A stretch of DNA of 63,291 nucleotides, counting the filler, from Octopus bimaculoides (taxonomy: Eukaryota), in NCBI RefSeq assembly GCF_001194135.2. It is 9 parts of 8 records of this genome, joined end to end, with 100 filler letters (N's around TTAATTAATTAA, not from the genome) between each part and the next. Parts side by side here need not be neighbours in the genome. Positions count along the whole stretch, not along the records: positions 10,523 to 28,820 come from NC_069006.1; positions 28,921 to 40,103 come from NC_068997.1; 7 more parts are not named here. One strand, given 5' to 3'. Under the pieces are notes generated by a model that had not been told where the DNA came from, did no database searches, and saw only the letters and a program-made list of their open reading frames with translations. A program made the position numbers and the translations under genes. Positions 26,831-39,697 of this stretch are shown here, piece by piece (within the stretch, counting starts at the first letter, position 1; the number at the start of each line of letters is the position of its first letter).

Positions 26831-28761
26831 TCAGTAAATAGTGGGGTAGAATAATAATAAATGGAGCAAAACGCATATAATCAATAAGTTCCTTTAATTC
26901 CTACACACGTTTCAAAAATTATATGCACTCTACTCCAAAGGAGTAAAAGATGCTGGTTTATACAGATAATTTTATCTTCAGGGAACCATATTACAAATGC
27001 AAGACTTGCACTGAATGCTAAGGTTACATACAAGGAATAACACTATATAGCTAAGTTTTTCAACCAAGATAATATTAATATATACATAAATAAAATGTAT
27101 GTATGTATGTGCGCGCGTGCATTGTGTGTATAATTTTATATAATTATACACACCATGAAATAGCAATAAGACATAAAACATAGGTGTAAAGATAGTCATC
27201 CTCATCTCTTAATGTGGGTTTTCCATGTTGGCATGGGTTGGATGGCTTGACGAGCTAGTATGCTGGAGGGCTGCTCCAGTTGTCTGTTTTGGCATGGTTT
27301 CCAGCGGCAGACTTAGTCCATAAGCAGGTTTAACACTATGTTAGTTTTCTTTAGCAAAGTCCACCTTATTGCAAGCATTGGGGTGGAAGAAGGTTTCCAG
27401 TTTGAGGATACCTCACTCCTTCCCATCATTCTTAGAAGTCTTGTAAAGGGTCATATCTACTGCCTTCAACCCTGAGAAGATGGCACCCTTAACACTGCTC
27501 TCTTGCTGCACACACATTTATACAAACATAAGATGGCTGGCGCTTTGTAATACAAGTATTACTCATTTTTGCCAGCTGAGTGAACTGCTGAAGGACACAA
27601 CAGGCCGGTGGGAATTGAACTCGTGACATTGTGATTATGATCCCAATACCCTAACCACTAAGCCACACACCTCCAATAGTCACACTTTCATTTAGTGAAG
27701 TGGATTGGATATGGAGTGTTTTTCTTGAGATCACAATGAATAGCCGGGTCTGGGAATTGAAACCACAATCTTACAATCATGAGTGCAACACTGTAACCAT
27801 TAGGTGATGGTAGAAGGAAAATGTGTGGAAGCCCATTGTGTGAGCACATCTTTGTGTCACTTGATAACCAGTGTTGGGTTGTTTACATACCCGTAACTTG
27901 GCAGTTCACCAAAGGAGAATGATACAATATGTACCAGACTTAAAAAAAAATTTGAGGTGTTGGAATCTTTTTTTTTTTTTCTGTTTGTGACTAAACTCTT
28001 GAAGATGGTGCCTCCAGCATGGCTTCAGTTCCAAAGACTGACATAAATAAAAGACTAAAGAGATAAAGGAATAAATTATTTGGGTTGGGGAAAGAAAGAT
28101 TATTTGCATTAATGAGCTGGGTTTGGTTAATTAGAGATTTTGGTCAGTCTTCACATGGTAGTAGTTGGTATTCATTTTTTCTTTATTTTATGAAATGGAA
28201 GGGATTTTAAAAGTAAACTTTGGGTGATAAAGGATTCTATAAATAGTTTCCAGTAGGGTCGTTAGTTTGGTTTAGATAAAAATGAGGTTGTGTTAGTTTC
28301 TGGGACGTGGTGAGCTATTGGTGTGGGGTGTGGGGTTAAACCAGTCTTGGTTGGGAGGGTGTGTCGAATGGGTGCTTATATATGTGTACACTTGCATCGG
28401 TGTATGTGTGTATGTTTAAACCTATGTATATGTGTGTATGCTTGTACTTACATATGCATGTGTATGCTTTTATCTATACGTGTGCACGTGTACTTGCACC
28501 TATGTCTGTGTGGGTGTAAATGCCAAAAGTAACGAATGTGGCGTCTTAGATAAACACGAGTAAATAAAAAAATTCACACACACACACATACACACACACA
28601 CACAGTAAGTCCAAGAATGGAGGTGTTGGTCTTATATTTATTTTTCCTTGCAGTCATTGCTTGGATTTTTGAATCACCTCTAATCTGTGCTTTAATATAC
28701 ATGTATGCTGCTAATACACACATATTGAAAATATACATGTATGTGTATATTTTCCTCCTGC

Positions 28762-28820
<59 letters not shown>

Positions 28821-28920
28821 NNNNNNNNNNNNNNNNNNNNNNNNNNNNNNNNNNNNNNNNNNNNTTAATTAATTAANNNNNNNNNNNNNNNNNNNNNNNN
28901 NNNNNNNNNNNNNNNNNNNN

Positions 28921-31210
28921 CAGGCCTTTCCGAAATAGCACTGCAGTACCACCACTGCCTGGTCCCGGCCGACACGGAGATAGAAAAAACTCGTATCTGC
29001 CGAAAAGGGCTGCGAGTTCCTGCAGGTCAGAGAGCCTGGTTTCACTAATGGCTGCTACATCTATACTGTAAGACCTCAAGTCATTTAACAGTGACCTTGT
29101 TTCCAAGACGACCTGAGGCCTCTCAGATTTATACTGCCGATTCTGAGTATGACCATGTTTTTTTAAAAAAAGTATTTAGGGAGAAAAAGCTCTACTTACT
29201 GTTGTTGTCTGGTGAGGTGGCTCCCTTGTGCTTCTGTGTGGGTATTTCCACCAGATTGCGAAAGAGTTTTTGGGAGAAACTTCTCCCTAGCGACCCAACA
29301 TCATTTGGAAATTTTGATTTTATTTTGTGATAATTGTCTTGTGATATTTTTAATGTGAGTATGTGTGCTGGTTGTGGTATAACAAAATCCAAAATTTTTG
29401 TGTCTGTATTGTTTTTTAAATATGTTACTAATTGTTAATTTTTTGTGTTTATTGCTGTAACGTTGGTGGTGTCTGTGAGTGTTGATGTTTGCGGTGGTAG
29501 AGGTGGAGAAGGTGTTGCTAATTGTTGTGAGTGGTTGTTGATGATGTTGGGAAGCTCTCCTTTCTTGCGCCTCCCCTGTTTGTCACTTGTTTCCTTGGTT
29601 TTCTTCCTTCTCTTTTTCTTTGGTGGCACAGTGTGCCACTCCCCTTTCTCGCTATCAGTACTCGCACTATCCGAGCTGATTTGGTCAGGAAAGGGGATGT
29701 CTTTGGGGTCTGTTTCAGTCAGTAGTGAAAGNNNNNNNNNNNNNNNNNNNNNNNNNNNNNNNNNNNNNNNNNNNNNNNNNNNNNNNNNNNNNNNNNNNNN
29801 NNNNNNNNNNNNNNNNNNNNNNNNNNNNNNNNNNNNNNNNNNNNNNNNNNNNNNNNNNNNNNNNNNNNNNNNNNNNNNNNNNNNNNNNNNNNNNNNNNNN
29901 NNNNNNNNNNNNNNNNNNNNNNNNNNNNNNNNNNNNNNNNNNNNNNNNNNNNNNNNNNNNNNNNNNNNNNNNNNNNNNNNNNNNNNNNNNNNNNNNNNNN
30001 NNNNNNNNNNNNNNGTTTTGTTTTGTGTTATGGTCCTTGGTGTTGGTTTGGTGATGGTTGGAGGTGGTGTCGCTTTTCGTGGTGGTGGTGATGGTGTTGG
30101 TGGTGTGGAGGCTTTAGGTTTTTCCTTCTGCTGCCCCTCCTGCTGCTGCTGCTGTTGTTGCTGCTGCTGCTGCTGTTGTTGTTGTTGTTGTTGTTGCTGC
30201 TGCAAATTTTTCTTCTTCTCTGCCTCCATTCTCTGCTTGTAAATAGGACAGTCTACTTTCAAATGTTGGTCACTGCTGCAGAGGTAGCACTTTGGCCTTC
30301 ATCCCTCTACAGCAACGTGTATTCTTGTGCCGCCGGGTATGGCATTTATGCTATTTTGTTCAATTTGAACAAATAGTTGCATGCCTATACCCGACCAGTT
30401 CTGGCTGTGCATCTTATGTACTTCCAAAATAGTGGCAGTGTCTTCTATCTCATAGTGGACAGCTGCCAACAGCTAGCAGATGTTGAGCTCGAGCGGCACT
30501 TGTTCTATTTTGATTTTTGTCACCTGCCAACCAAGGTATGTCAGCATGAACATCAAGTTTTCAGTTTTTAATGTGGTGGTTGAATGTTGTCTTGCATCTT
30601 CTGTTTGGAAGCTGATTTCTACTGTACCAAACCCTTTAGTAACAAAAGTTTTTTTGCCCCATACGGGCTTGAGTGCTATCTCCAACTGCTCTGGAGATGC
30701 ATTTTCCATTTTTTTGTATTCTATGTTGAAAATTTTGTATGTAATTGTACGTCTGTTTGTTTCTGCTATTAGTGCTTGTGGAGTGTTAAGGAAGACATTG
30801 TTTCCGTCTTTCCTTAACAACTCCTTTGCATCCTTTATTTCTTCCATTGTAACTTGATTTCTTCTGAGCTCTGCTTAGCTGCGGAAGTGAAACCATTACA
30901 ATGGCTTTTGGTGTTGGTCTTGGTGGTGTTGTCTTCTTTAGTATTCATGTTTTTCTTTTTCTCTTCCTCCTTCTCCAGTGTAGGAACAATAGTGGTGGTA
31001 AGAGCAGGGAAATGTATATCCGAAAGGCGGTTTGATTCATTCGATTCAGTAGCACTGCACGTGGTGGAACGCTCTTTGAAATTTACTTCTTTGCTGTTTA
31101 AGGCGTGAGATGGGTGTGTTGACACGTGACTTGTTTTGTCATTTGTCTCTGGAGGGTGTGGTACACAAAGAAGGGAACAGCTCACTGCTCTCTTCAAAGA
31201 CATTTTTGAA
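28921..31210 (-). mobile_element. Tx1/L1-group LINE: disrupted ORF1 plus start of ORF2
   Basis: ORF1 remnant has a CCHC knuckle CYLCSSDQHLKVDC (~30220-30280) followed by polyQ/Pro. ORF2 start SIDVAAISETRL...GSGGTAVLFRKGL (28921-29106) is APE endonuclease-like. Truncated by a gap. Confidence 0.75.
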
Positions 31211-31401
31211 AAATTAAAAAGTATGAAATGAGAAATTTCAAAGATTTAAATGAAATTTTGCCCCTAAAAGGGGGAAATTTCTCCGAACCGATTAGCTCCG
31301 CAAGAACCTAATCGGCTTAGCTACACAAATATACAAAAATATTACAAGTTTCAACAAATTTTCATACAAAATTCGGCAATAACTCATGGAGCTTGAAAGA
31401 C

Positions 31402-31432
<31 letters not shown>

Positions 31433-31449
31433 TCAGCAAAATAGTACCT

Positions 31450-31610
31450 TAGGAATGAGAACCCAGGGTTGGGTTGAAAATTCTACCAGAACACCTGATG
31501 AAGGCAGGAGAGTAAATCAGCCGAAATGTAGTAATAACAAACAAGATGAGGATACATATTTGTCCAATGTAAATAATGTACAGAATTCCTCGTCTCTAAA
31601 ATATAGAACA
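31450..31610 (+). ncRNA. Penelope-like terminal-repeat relic with a hammerhead-ribozyme-type core
   Basis: CTGATGA (31495-31501) - A - GGCAGG/TCAGCC stem with one mismatch - GAAA (31523-31526). This is the arrangement of minimal type I hammerheads described in Penelope-like element repeats. Follows a (TAA)n tract. Confidence 0.5.
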
Positions 31611-32379
31611 GAAATTATCTAGCATTTTCACAAAGACTTCCAATTAAATCTCTGTTTTGTTGATAAACTTTATAACTGTTATTGTTACTGGGTTTTGTTT
31701 TTTTATTTTTTTTATACTTCTATCAACATATCACTTTAGAAGATCTATATTTTTAGAAATGGCAGATCAAGCTTTTGAGATTAAGTAGCAGAATGTTTTT
31801 CATTAATATACTTTTCATTGATATATAATAGTCTGTACCGGAAGCATGCTGTACACTATGAATGTTACATTATGTTACACAAAATGATAGTGAAAGCTTG
31901 TATCTAATTATTTTCTAGTCTAATTTTGTATGAGAAATATTTTGGTACTAACTGCAGCAAATAAATACATCCCAAGTCAACCCATATCCAGGTGACCTAT
32001 GATCAAAGTGTTCTTCATTTGGATCAGTAAGTTGTAATTTGTGGAAAATTTGGTTTTTATTTCACTGCAGACTGAGAAACTATGCAGGTGACCACTTATT
32101 AGTTTAATGCATACCAGATAAATTTTCTTGGTGCATGAAAGCCAGCAAGACTGTGCGACTGAAAAGTTTACTTCCCAACCACGTGGTTCTGGATTTAGTT
32201 CCACTGCAGTCCTTGGGCAAGTGTCTTCTCCTATGGCCTTGTGCTGACTTAAGCCTTATGAAATGGATTTGATAGGCAGACATTGAAAGAAGTTTTAATC
32301 ATGTGTATGTAAGTACATATATGTTTGTATGTATATATATGTTTGTATATGTTGGTATATATATATATATATATATATA

Positions 32380-33626
32380 CGAGGGGGTACCCAAGAGTAA
32401 CCAGAAACATTTTCTGTGGAACAAGCCCATTGTAGTTCAGGCTTCACCAAAAACCACTTGATATGACTTTCAGGCATCTGTTTGCTAATAGGCATTGCTC
32501 ACTGGTGTCATAGTGCCACATGATGCATCTTTGTTTTGCAGTGCTTTTCCCCTGTTTGTCAATTTTTGCGATGGCTGAAATGAAGGAACAGTGTGCTTCC
32601 CTGAAATTCTGTTTTCTCCTGGGGAAAACGATGGCTGAAACAGTTGTTGTGCTTCAAACAGCTTACAAGGTCACTGCCATGAGCAAAACACAAGTTTACG
32701 AGTGGTTTTCACACTTTAGGAATGGCCACTTGTTGCTTGAGGACCAACCTTGTTGATTGTTGGTTGGCACTCCGTTGGTTACAACGACGAGGGTTCCAGT
32801 TGATCAGATCAACGGAACAGCCTGCTCATGAAATTAATGTGCAAGTGGTTGAGGACTCCACAGACACGGGTACCCTTAACGTAGTTCTCGGGGAGATTCA
32901 GCATGACACAGAGTGTGACAAGGCTGACCCTTTGAAATACAGGTACAATAGAAACAGGAAGAAAGAGTGAGAGAAAGTTGTGGTGATAGAGTACAGCAGG
33001 GTTCGCCACCATCCCTTGCTGGAGCCTTGTGGAACTTTAGTGTTTTCGCTCAATAAACACTCACAATGCCTGGTCCGGGAATTGAAACCGCGATCCTACG
33101 ACCACGAGTCCGCTGCCCTAACCACTGGGCCATTGCGCTTCCACTAACCTTGCGCCTCCATTAACCTCCTGAACAAATGTAAACATCATGAAAATTTGTG
33201 AACTGATCTTGCAGGACCATCACCGAACAATTGATGAACTTGATATGACTGGTGTGTCCTGGAGCTCCTGCCAACGAATTTTGAGTAAGGAATTGTGAAC
33301 TGAGAAGAGTTGCAGCAAAATTTGTTCCTCACTTGCTCACAGAAGACCAAAAGCAGTCATGACTGAATACATGCCATGAACTGAAAGAACAGTTGATCTG
33401 GACCTTTTTTCGAAGGTCATCAGTGGTGATGGAAGCTGGTGCTATGGAATTTGCAGATGTGGAAGAGGTGAAGGAAAAGAGTTCCAGCACTGCTTCAAAC
33501 AGTGGAAAACACGTTTGGACTGATGCAGTTCTTCAAATAGAGAATACTTTGAAGACAATAAAAGTGTAAAGATGTAAAACTAAGTGAATAAAATAATATT
33601 GCAAAATTATTCAGACTTTAGGGTAT
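32380..33626 (+). mobile_element. Defective mariner transposon interrupted by a SINE
   Basis: TA|CGAGGGGGTACCC left end. N-terminal HTH MAEMKEQCASLKFCFLLGKTMAETVVVLQTAY...VYEWFSHF, continuing after the insertion with ...RTIDEL...RVAAKFVPHLLTEDQK (WVPHEL-equivalent motif). Internally deleted, with a degenerate right TIR. Confidence 0.85.
32753..33145 (-). mobile_element. tRNA-derived SINE family C inserted in the mariner
   Basis: Flanked by a 7-bp duplication AACCTTG (32746-32752 and 33146-33152). The head on the minus strand has TGGCCCAGTGG and GGTTTCAATTCC boxes. Confidence 0.85.
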
Positions 33627-34784
33627 ATGTCTATTAATATGCTGATTAAAGCACAATCACTGTTTGGGCTACTTGATGTCATCCACAGATATGGCATAAT
33701 TTTCACTGGATCTACATCAGGAATTCCACAGTGTTTGTTTGGTCTATAATTGATGAGGGAAACGGAAAATGGATTTGGTATGAATCTTTATTCAATGCAA
33801 CAATTGTTTCAACCCTTCCCGCAGCTGTCCCTTACAGGTAGGATATTGTAATTCTGTCACATCAAACAGTGCAGTCTGTGTCACTTCAGCTGTTTTCTAT
33901 AAAAGATATCCTACTACATATATTGAGTTCCTCCAGGCATGTTGTACTCTCCAGTAGTATATGAGTACACTGACAAAAAGTAGAATAATTCTGGGTGTGT
34001 CTGGCTACATAAAGTAATAAAAGATAGAAAATAAAACCTATCCAAGGATAAGAATTGAAAGTATGTGTATGTTCATGTCAACGAATGTATACACATTCAT
34101 TTTCTTTAACTTCCAATTCATATCCTTTGGTAGGTTTTATTTTCTATCATTTATTGTTTTAACTTGTTTTAGTAGCCAGACCCATTTGCAGGTTTTAAGC
34201 CCAGAATTATTCTTCTCTCCATCAGTGTACCAACATACTACTAGAGAATACAACATGCCTGGAGGAACTCAGTATATGTAATAGGATATCTTTTATACCA
34301 AACAACTAAAGAGACACAGACTGCACTGATTAATACAACACAACTAGATGCACAATATCCTACCTGTAAGTGACAGCTGCAAGATGGGTTGAAACAATCA
34401 TCATACCTAATCCATTTTCTGTTTCCTTATCTGTTACATTCTTTTACTTGTTTCAGTCATTTGACTGTGGCAATGCTGGAGTATCACCTTTTAGTTAAAC
34501 AAATCAACCTCAGGACTTATTCTTTGTAAGCTTGGTACTTATTTCATCAGCCCATTTTGCTGAACTGCTAAGTTACAGGGACATAAACACACCATCAGTT
34601 ACAAAGCGACAGACACACACACATAAATATATACATATATATGTACAACGGGCTTCTTTGATTTTCCATATACCAAATCCACTCACAAGGCTTTGGTTGG
34701 CCTGAGGCTATAGTAGAAGACACTTTCCCAAGGTCCCATGCACTAGGACTGAACCCAGAACCATGTGGTTGGGAAGCAAGCTTC

Positions 34785-36650
34785 ATCATTGTCATTTAAT
34801 GCCTGCTTTCCATGCTGGCATGGGTTTGATTGAGGACTGGTAAACCAGAAGGTCGTACCAGGCTCCAAACTGATCTGGCTTTGGTTTTTACAGCTGGATG
34901 CCTTTCCTAACGCCAACCACTCTGAGAATGTAGTGGGTGCTTTTTATGTGCCAGTCAGGCGGTACTGGAATCAACCACATTTGAATGGTGCTTTTTATGT
35001 GCCACCAGCACGGGAACCAGTCAGGGGTCATTGGCAACAGCCACGCTCAAATGGTGCTTTTTATGCTCCACTGGCACAGGAGCCAGTCAGACAGCACTGG
35101 CAACAACCACACATGAATAGTGCTTTTTACGTGCCACCACCACAAGAGCCAGGCAGGTGGCACTGGCAACGGCCACACTCGAATGGTGTTTTTTACGTGC
35201 CATCACTACAGGACCAGTCTAGCGGCACTGGCATCGACCACGCTCAAATGGTGCTTTTTACATGCCACGGCATGGGTGCCAGTCAGGTGGTACAGGCATC
35301 AGCCACGACAATGACTTCACTTGACTCTATGGGTCTTTGCAAGCACAGTTTATTGCCCAATGATTGTAGGGTACTCTTAGATGGACCGGTTATGCTGCAC
35401 TGGCATAGGCCATAGTTACGGTCTCACTTGACTTGCTGGGTCTTCTTAAGCACAGCATATCTCCAAAGGTCTCGGTTTCTTGTCATCACCTCCATGAGGC
35501 CCAACATTTGAAGGTCTTGCCTCACTACTTCATCCCAGGTCTTCCTGGGTCTACCTCTACCACAGGTTCCCCTACTGCTGGGGTATGATACTTTCATACA
35601 GCTGTCCTCATCCATTCTCACCACATAACCATACCAGTGCAGTCGTCTCTCTTGCACACAACATCTGATGCTTCTTATGTCCAACTTTTTTCTCAGAGCG
35701 CTTAAACTCTGTCATGTATGCACACTCAAATTACATATCCAGCGGAGCATACTAGCTTGATTTCTTGCAAGCTTACGCATATCCTCAGCAGTCACAGCCA
35801 TGTTTCCCTGCCATGTAGCATGGCTGTTTGCACACATATATAATACAGTCTACCTTTTACTCTGAGCAAGAGGCCCTTTGTCATCAGCAGAAGTAGGAGC
35901 TCTTTGAACTTTGCCCAGGCTATTCTTATTCTAGCAGATACACTCTCAGAGCATCCACATCTTAAGTGTCCATAGCATACACCAGATACATCTTATGGAG
36001 TTTCTACCTACACCTTTTCTACAGATCTAGCAGGGCCACCTTCCAGAAGGGATTTGTGATTTATCTGCCTTCCTACTTGCTAAGACTTTTGGTTTTTGCT
36101 AGAGTGACTCTCTAAGGCCCTTCGATTCTAGACCTTGCTTCTACACCTGAAGCTTCTCTAGTTCTAATAGTGACTCAGCTATTAGAGCTAGGTCATCAGC
36201 ATAGGGAAGCTCCCAGGGGCATCCTGTCTTGAATTCCTCTGTTATTGCCTGGAGGACTATGATGAACAAGAGGGGGCTAAGGACTGATCCTTGGTGGACC
36301 CCTACCCAGAATTCTTCATTATACTCATTGCCAACTCTTACTTTACAGACAGCATCCTTGTACATGGCTTGTACAGCTCTCACTAACCACCCATCTATCC
36401 GTAGTTTCCACATTAACCACCAGATAAGGGATTGGGTGACCCTGTCAAAAGCTTTCTCCATGTCAACGAAAGCCAAGTACAGAAGTTTATCTTTGGCTAG
36501 GTATTTCTCCTGCAGTTGTCTTACAAGAAATATAGCATAAGTGGTGCTTTTCCATGGCACAAACCCAAACTACATTTTGTCTAAACTAACTTTCTCCCTA
36601 ATTAGTTGAGCTGTGACCCTCTCCATGACTTTCATTACCTGATCCAAGCT
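34785..36650 (-). mobile_element. 5'-truncated RTE-clade LINE (RT, C-terminus and 3'UTR)
   Basis: ORF 36141-36560 has AFVDMEKAFDRV, QGSVLSPLLF and YADDL motifs. ORF 35424-35684 has RRLHWYGYVVRM and GRGRPRKTWDEVV. (CAT)n tail at the 3' end. Copies of the 3'UTR alone at ~16960-17165, 39700-39930 and 61420-61610. Confidence 0.9.
34933..35290. repeat. Tandem ~66-bp repeat in the RTE 3'UTR (about 6 units)
   Basis: GGTGCTTTTTATGTGCC-like anchors at ~34936, 34987, 35053, 35119, 35185 and 35250. The intervening sequences are homologous to each other. Confidence 0.85.
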
Positions 36651-37335
36651 TATACATATATATTATTATTATTATCCCTCTGAATAAGGTTGTCCAGAAA
36701 CATGATTCAGTTCCAAGCTCAATCAAAGTCTACAAAGACAACAGGATAACATTGTTAGTAGGAGAGATTAGGAAGCTAAAGGAGGTAGATGAATTATTGT
36801 ATACAGTTGGTTATCCCACCACTAACTTTGTTGCCTCATAACTTCCAGAAAAATAAGTACTTTTCAACAAAATTCTCAATAAATACCATTCAGATCAGTA
36901 GTTCTTAACTGGTGGTGGGGAGGGGTCAGTAATTTCCAAGGAGGGCACGAGCCCTTGAGAAAAAGTAAGAATTTCTCTAATTATATTTGTTATTCCCTTA
37001 ATGTAAGCATAGTCAACTAATGAGAAGTTTAGAAAAAAGGCAAAAGTATCTCTCGCATTATACCTTTAGTTTTCTTATTCTTCTACTATCTTAGCATGCT
37101 TTCAACATCTTCATAAGATCTGAAGTCACTAGAGAGGCAATAAATTTAATTTCCTTTGATGGATCTAGTCTTTTTCATTCGCAAAATGAGCCTCCTTTAA
37201 TTTTGCTCAGATTGCTTTCAATGTTGGTGTATCAATGCAACTTTGAATTTTGATTATGGTCAACCAATTACTTTATTTTGTAAATTAAAGTATCTGATGT
37301 TATTTGAAATTAAAGTTGGGAAATTTGGGTAATCT

Positions 37336-37384
37336 TAGCCAATCAATAGACAACAAGGCATTAACAGCTTGTTACCATGACAAC
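37336..37384 (+). promoter_or_regulatory. CCAAT box plus RFX X-box-like motif
   Basis: TAGCCAATCA (37336-37345) and GTTACCATGACAAC (37371-37384), which fits the X-box pattern RTHNYYWTRRNRAC. Motif match only. Confidence 0.35.
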
Positions 37385-39340
37385 CGCATGTTCTGTTGTG
37401 TTTCAACTGCATGTTGTGTTGATTCTTCACACTACGAGATTTATTTCACCTGCGTGTTTTGTTTTAATAAAAATTTATAATTTATCAATTAGAATTTTAT
37501 TATAGATATTTTTCGTCAATTGTCTTAATATATATTTTTCATATATAGCAAAAGTTGTTTGCGATGCTTACACAGTTTCTTGGCATTATGAAGGTAAATA
37601 GAATACTTAGTACAGATAATTTGACGTTATTTTTTAATTCTGCATCCAAAAACATAAGATACAGGTATTCTTTTTCTTGGGACAAATTCTTTGTTGACCA
37701 GTGTTATTCTTATCGCAATTTATAATTCCAAACATGAAAACATTACTCAACTTTGAAGTTTTGGCGACAGACACATCCTTTTCACACACACATGCACTTA
37801 TATATTAATGATGTACACAAATACATGGAAGGTATACATAATACTGAAATACACATAAAATAAACACAGACAAATATATTAATATAACAAATTTTTAAAA
37901 AATAATAAAAACATACAATCAATAAAGAGACAAAAGAAACAGTAAGATGATATTTCTGTTTATTTAGAAACCTACAATGAAGAGGTCATTTCATAGATAC
38001 TAAACTATAAATTTCACACTATAAATTTAAACTATAAATTTAAAGTTGACACCACTCCGCTAAATGGAGAAAAATTCTGTTTTGTTATTGGCTAAAAATA
38101 CAGTTTCTTCAATTTTTAAACCTCTGTAACTTTTTCCTCCAATTTTTTTCTTCACAACATCATACCTTCATAGCAATTAAACTTGAAAACTGTATTATTA
38201 TAGCCGATTTTCAGATTTTTTACTGTCTTTTAAAATAATGCATATTTTGCAAATGAAAAAAACTAGATCCCATTTGATTTAGTTTTATGTGAAAAAATGT
38301 GGGTAATTACAAACGCATATGTGCGTGTACATGTGTATGTGCACATGTACTATAGAACTGGTCAGTAAAGTAGTTGTAGCTGTAATTGTTGTTGTTGTTG
38401 TGATTCTTGTTGCTGCTGTTGTAAATTTGGTTGGTGGGTAACAAATGGAATTTGAAAAGTTGACCATTTCATTAAGTAGGTCATCAATTGTGGTTGAATT
38501 AAGGAGTGTTAGAGATTGAAGTTGGGTCAGTTGTTGTTGTGGTGGTGATGATTCTCGTTGTTGCTGTGATAATTGTTTTTGCTGTGGTGGTGGTTGTTGT
38601 TGCTGTTGAAAAGTACTTGAAGAGAAAACACTTTGTTGTTGTTGCCGTGGTGGTGGTAGTTAGAGAGAGAGATTTATGGTACTAGTAACACACCCATACA
38701 CATATATGAACAGAGATAAAAATTAACAAGTCATTTTATTCCCACCAGTCACAAAATTATTATCGAGTTTGTGAATTTGTGAAAAAGGTAAGAAAAAATT
38801 GCCATCATTGGTATTTTGAATTTACAATTTGAAATTTTCCAAAATTTACATTCAGAAAGGCTTTTTCAGCTAAGAAGATTCACGGAATAATTTTTGTGTC
38901 TCTTTGAGTAAAGTTTATACTGAAATCCTTTTGTATTTAATTAAAAAGGCATAACTTTGAAGAAATTGAAAACATTTGCTTGAAATGAAAGTTAAAAATA
39001 CATAAATTTTAAGAAATTGTTACGCTTACTATGATACTCTGCTTTAGAGTTATTGCAAATTTCAGTGCCCATGCAGATTGTTTTGAAGCCATCCTAAGCA
39101 TCAAAGTCTGGTGACAGACCTGAATATAGAACCAGAGTACTGAGCCTAAAATTTATAAATTTATAAAACTTGGTTTCTTATGCTACAAATGACTCACCCT
39201 GTCGTTTCATATATAATTCAGTGTAAAGTGTTGGTTAAATCGTTTTTATTCAACCAACATTAGTGTAAGATCACTCAATAAAATATACCTTTAAGGTCAG
39301 TGTACTACAGAGTGTCAGTACAATAATGTATTGCTACTGA

Positions 39341-39697
39341 AAAAGAGGACTGAAGCAATCATTGCTGAATTTCCAATCTGATTCATCTACTGCTAAACAG
39401 AAGAGAATTGCAAATGAAGAAGTTTCATAGCTCAAGGAAGGTTTTGCAGAGTTTTTGACACCCTCATTGGATGATCTAGGACAGGTTGACTGCCAACCAA
39501 TGCAGCCAGTTCTAGCAAAGTTTGATCCAAAGATGAATATTTTAACTGGCATCATGCAAAAGAAAAAACAAAGGTTTAAGTAAGCACGCAAATTCTGCAG
39601 CCCATATATCCAAGCTATGGTAACATGGAGGGAACACCAACAGCTTTTATCCACAACAACATCCGTGTCTTCAATTTTGCCAACGACTGGCTCCTGT
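39341..39697 (+). pseudogene. Decayed coding-like segment of unknown origin
   Basis: 80 codons with one TAG (KRGLKQSLLNFQSDSS...EVS*LKEGFAEFLTPSLDDLGQVDCQPMQPVLAKFDPKMNILTGIMQKK), then after a frameshift TQILQPIYPSYGNMEGTPTAFIHNNIRVFNFANDWLL*. No family recognised. Confidence 0.25.

Noticed and set aside
29435-30262. PolyQ/Pro-rich protein as a host gene
   Set aside because: It follows a CCHC knuckle and precedes an APE domain, so it is LINE ORF1.
33060-33145. tRNA gene
   Set aside because: A/B boxes belong to a SINE head that continues into SINE body. No complete cloverleaf here or at 27610-27810.
34933-35415. CRISPR-like array or 160-aa repeat protein
   Set aside because: The spacers are homologous to one another, there are no cas genes, and the array sits in an RTE 3'UTR.
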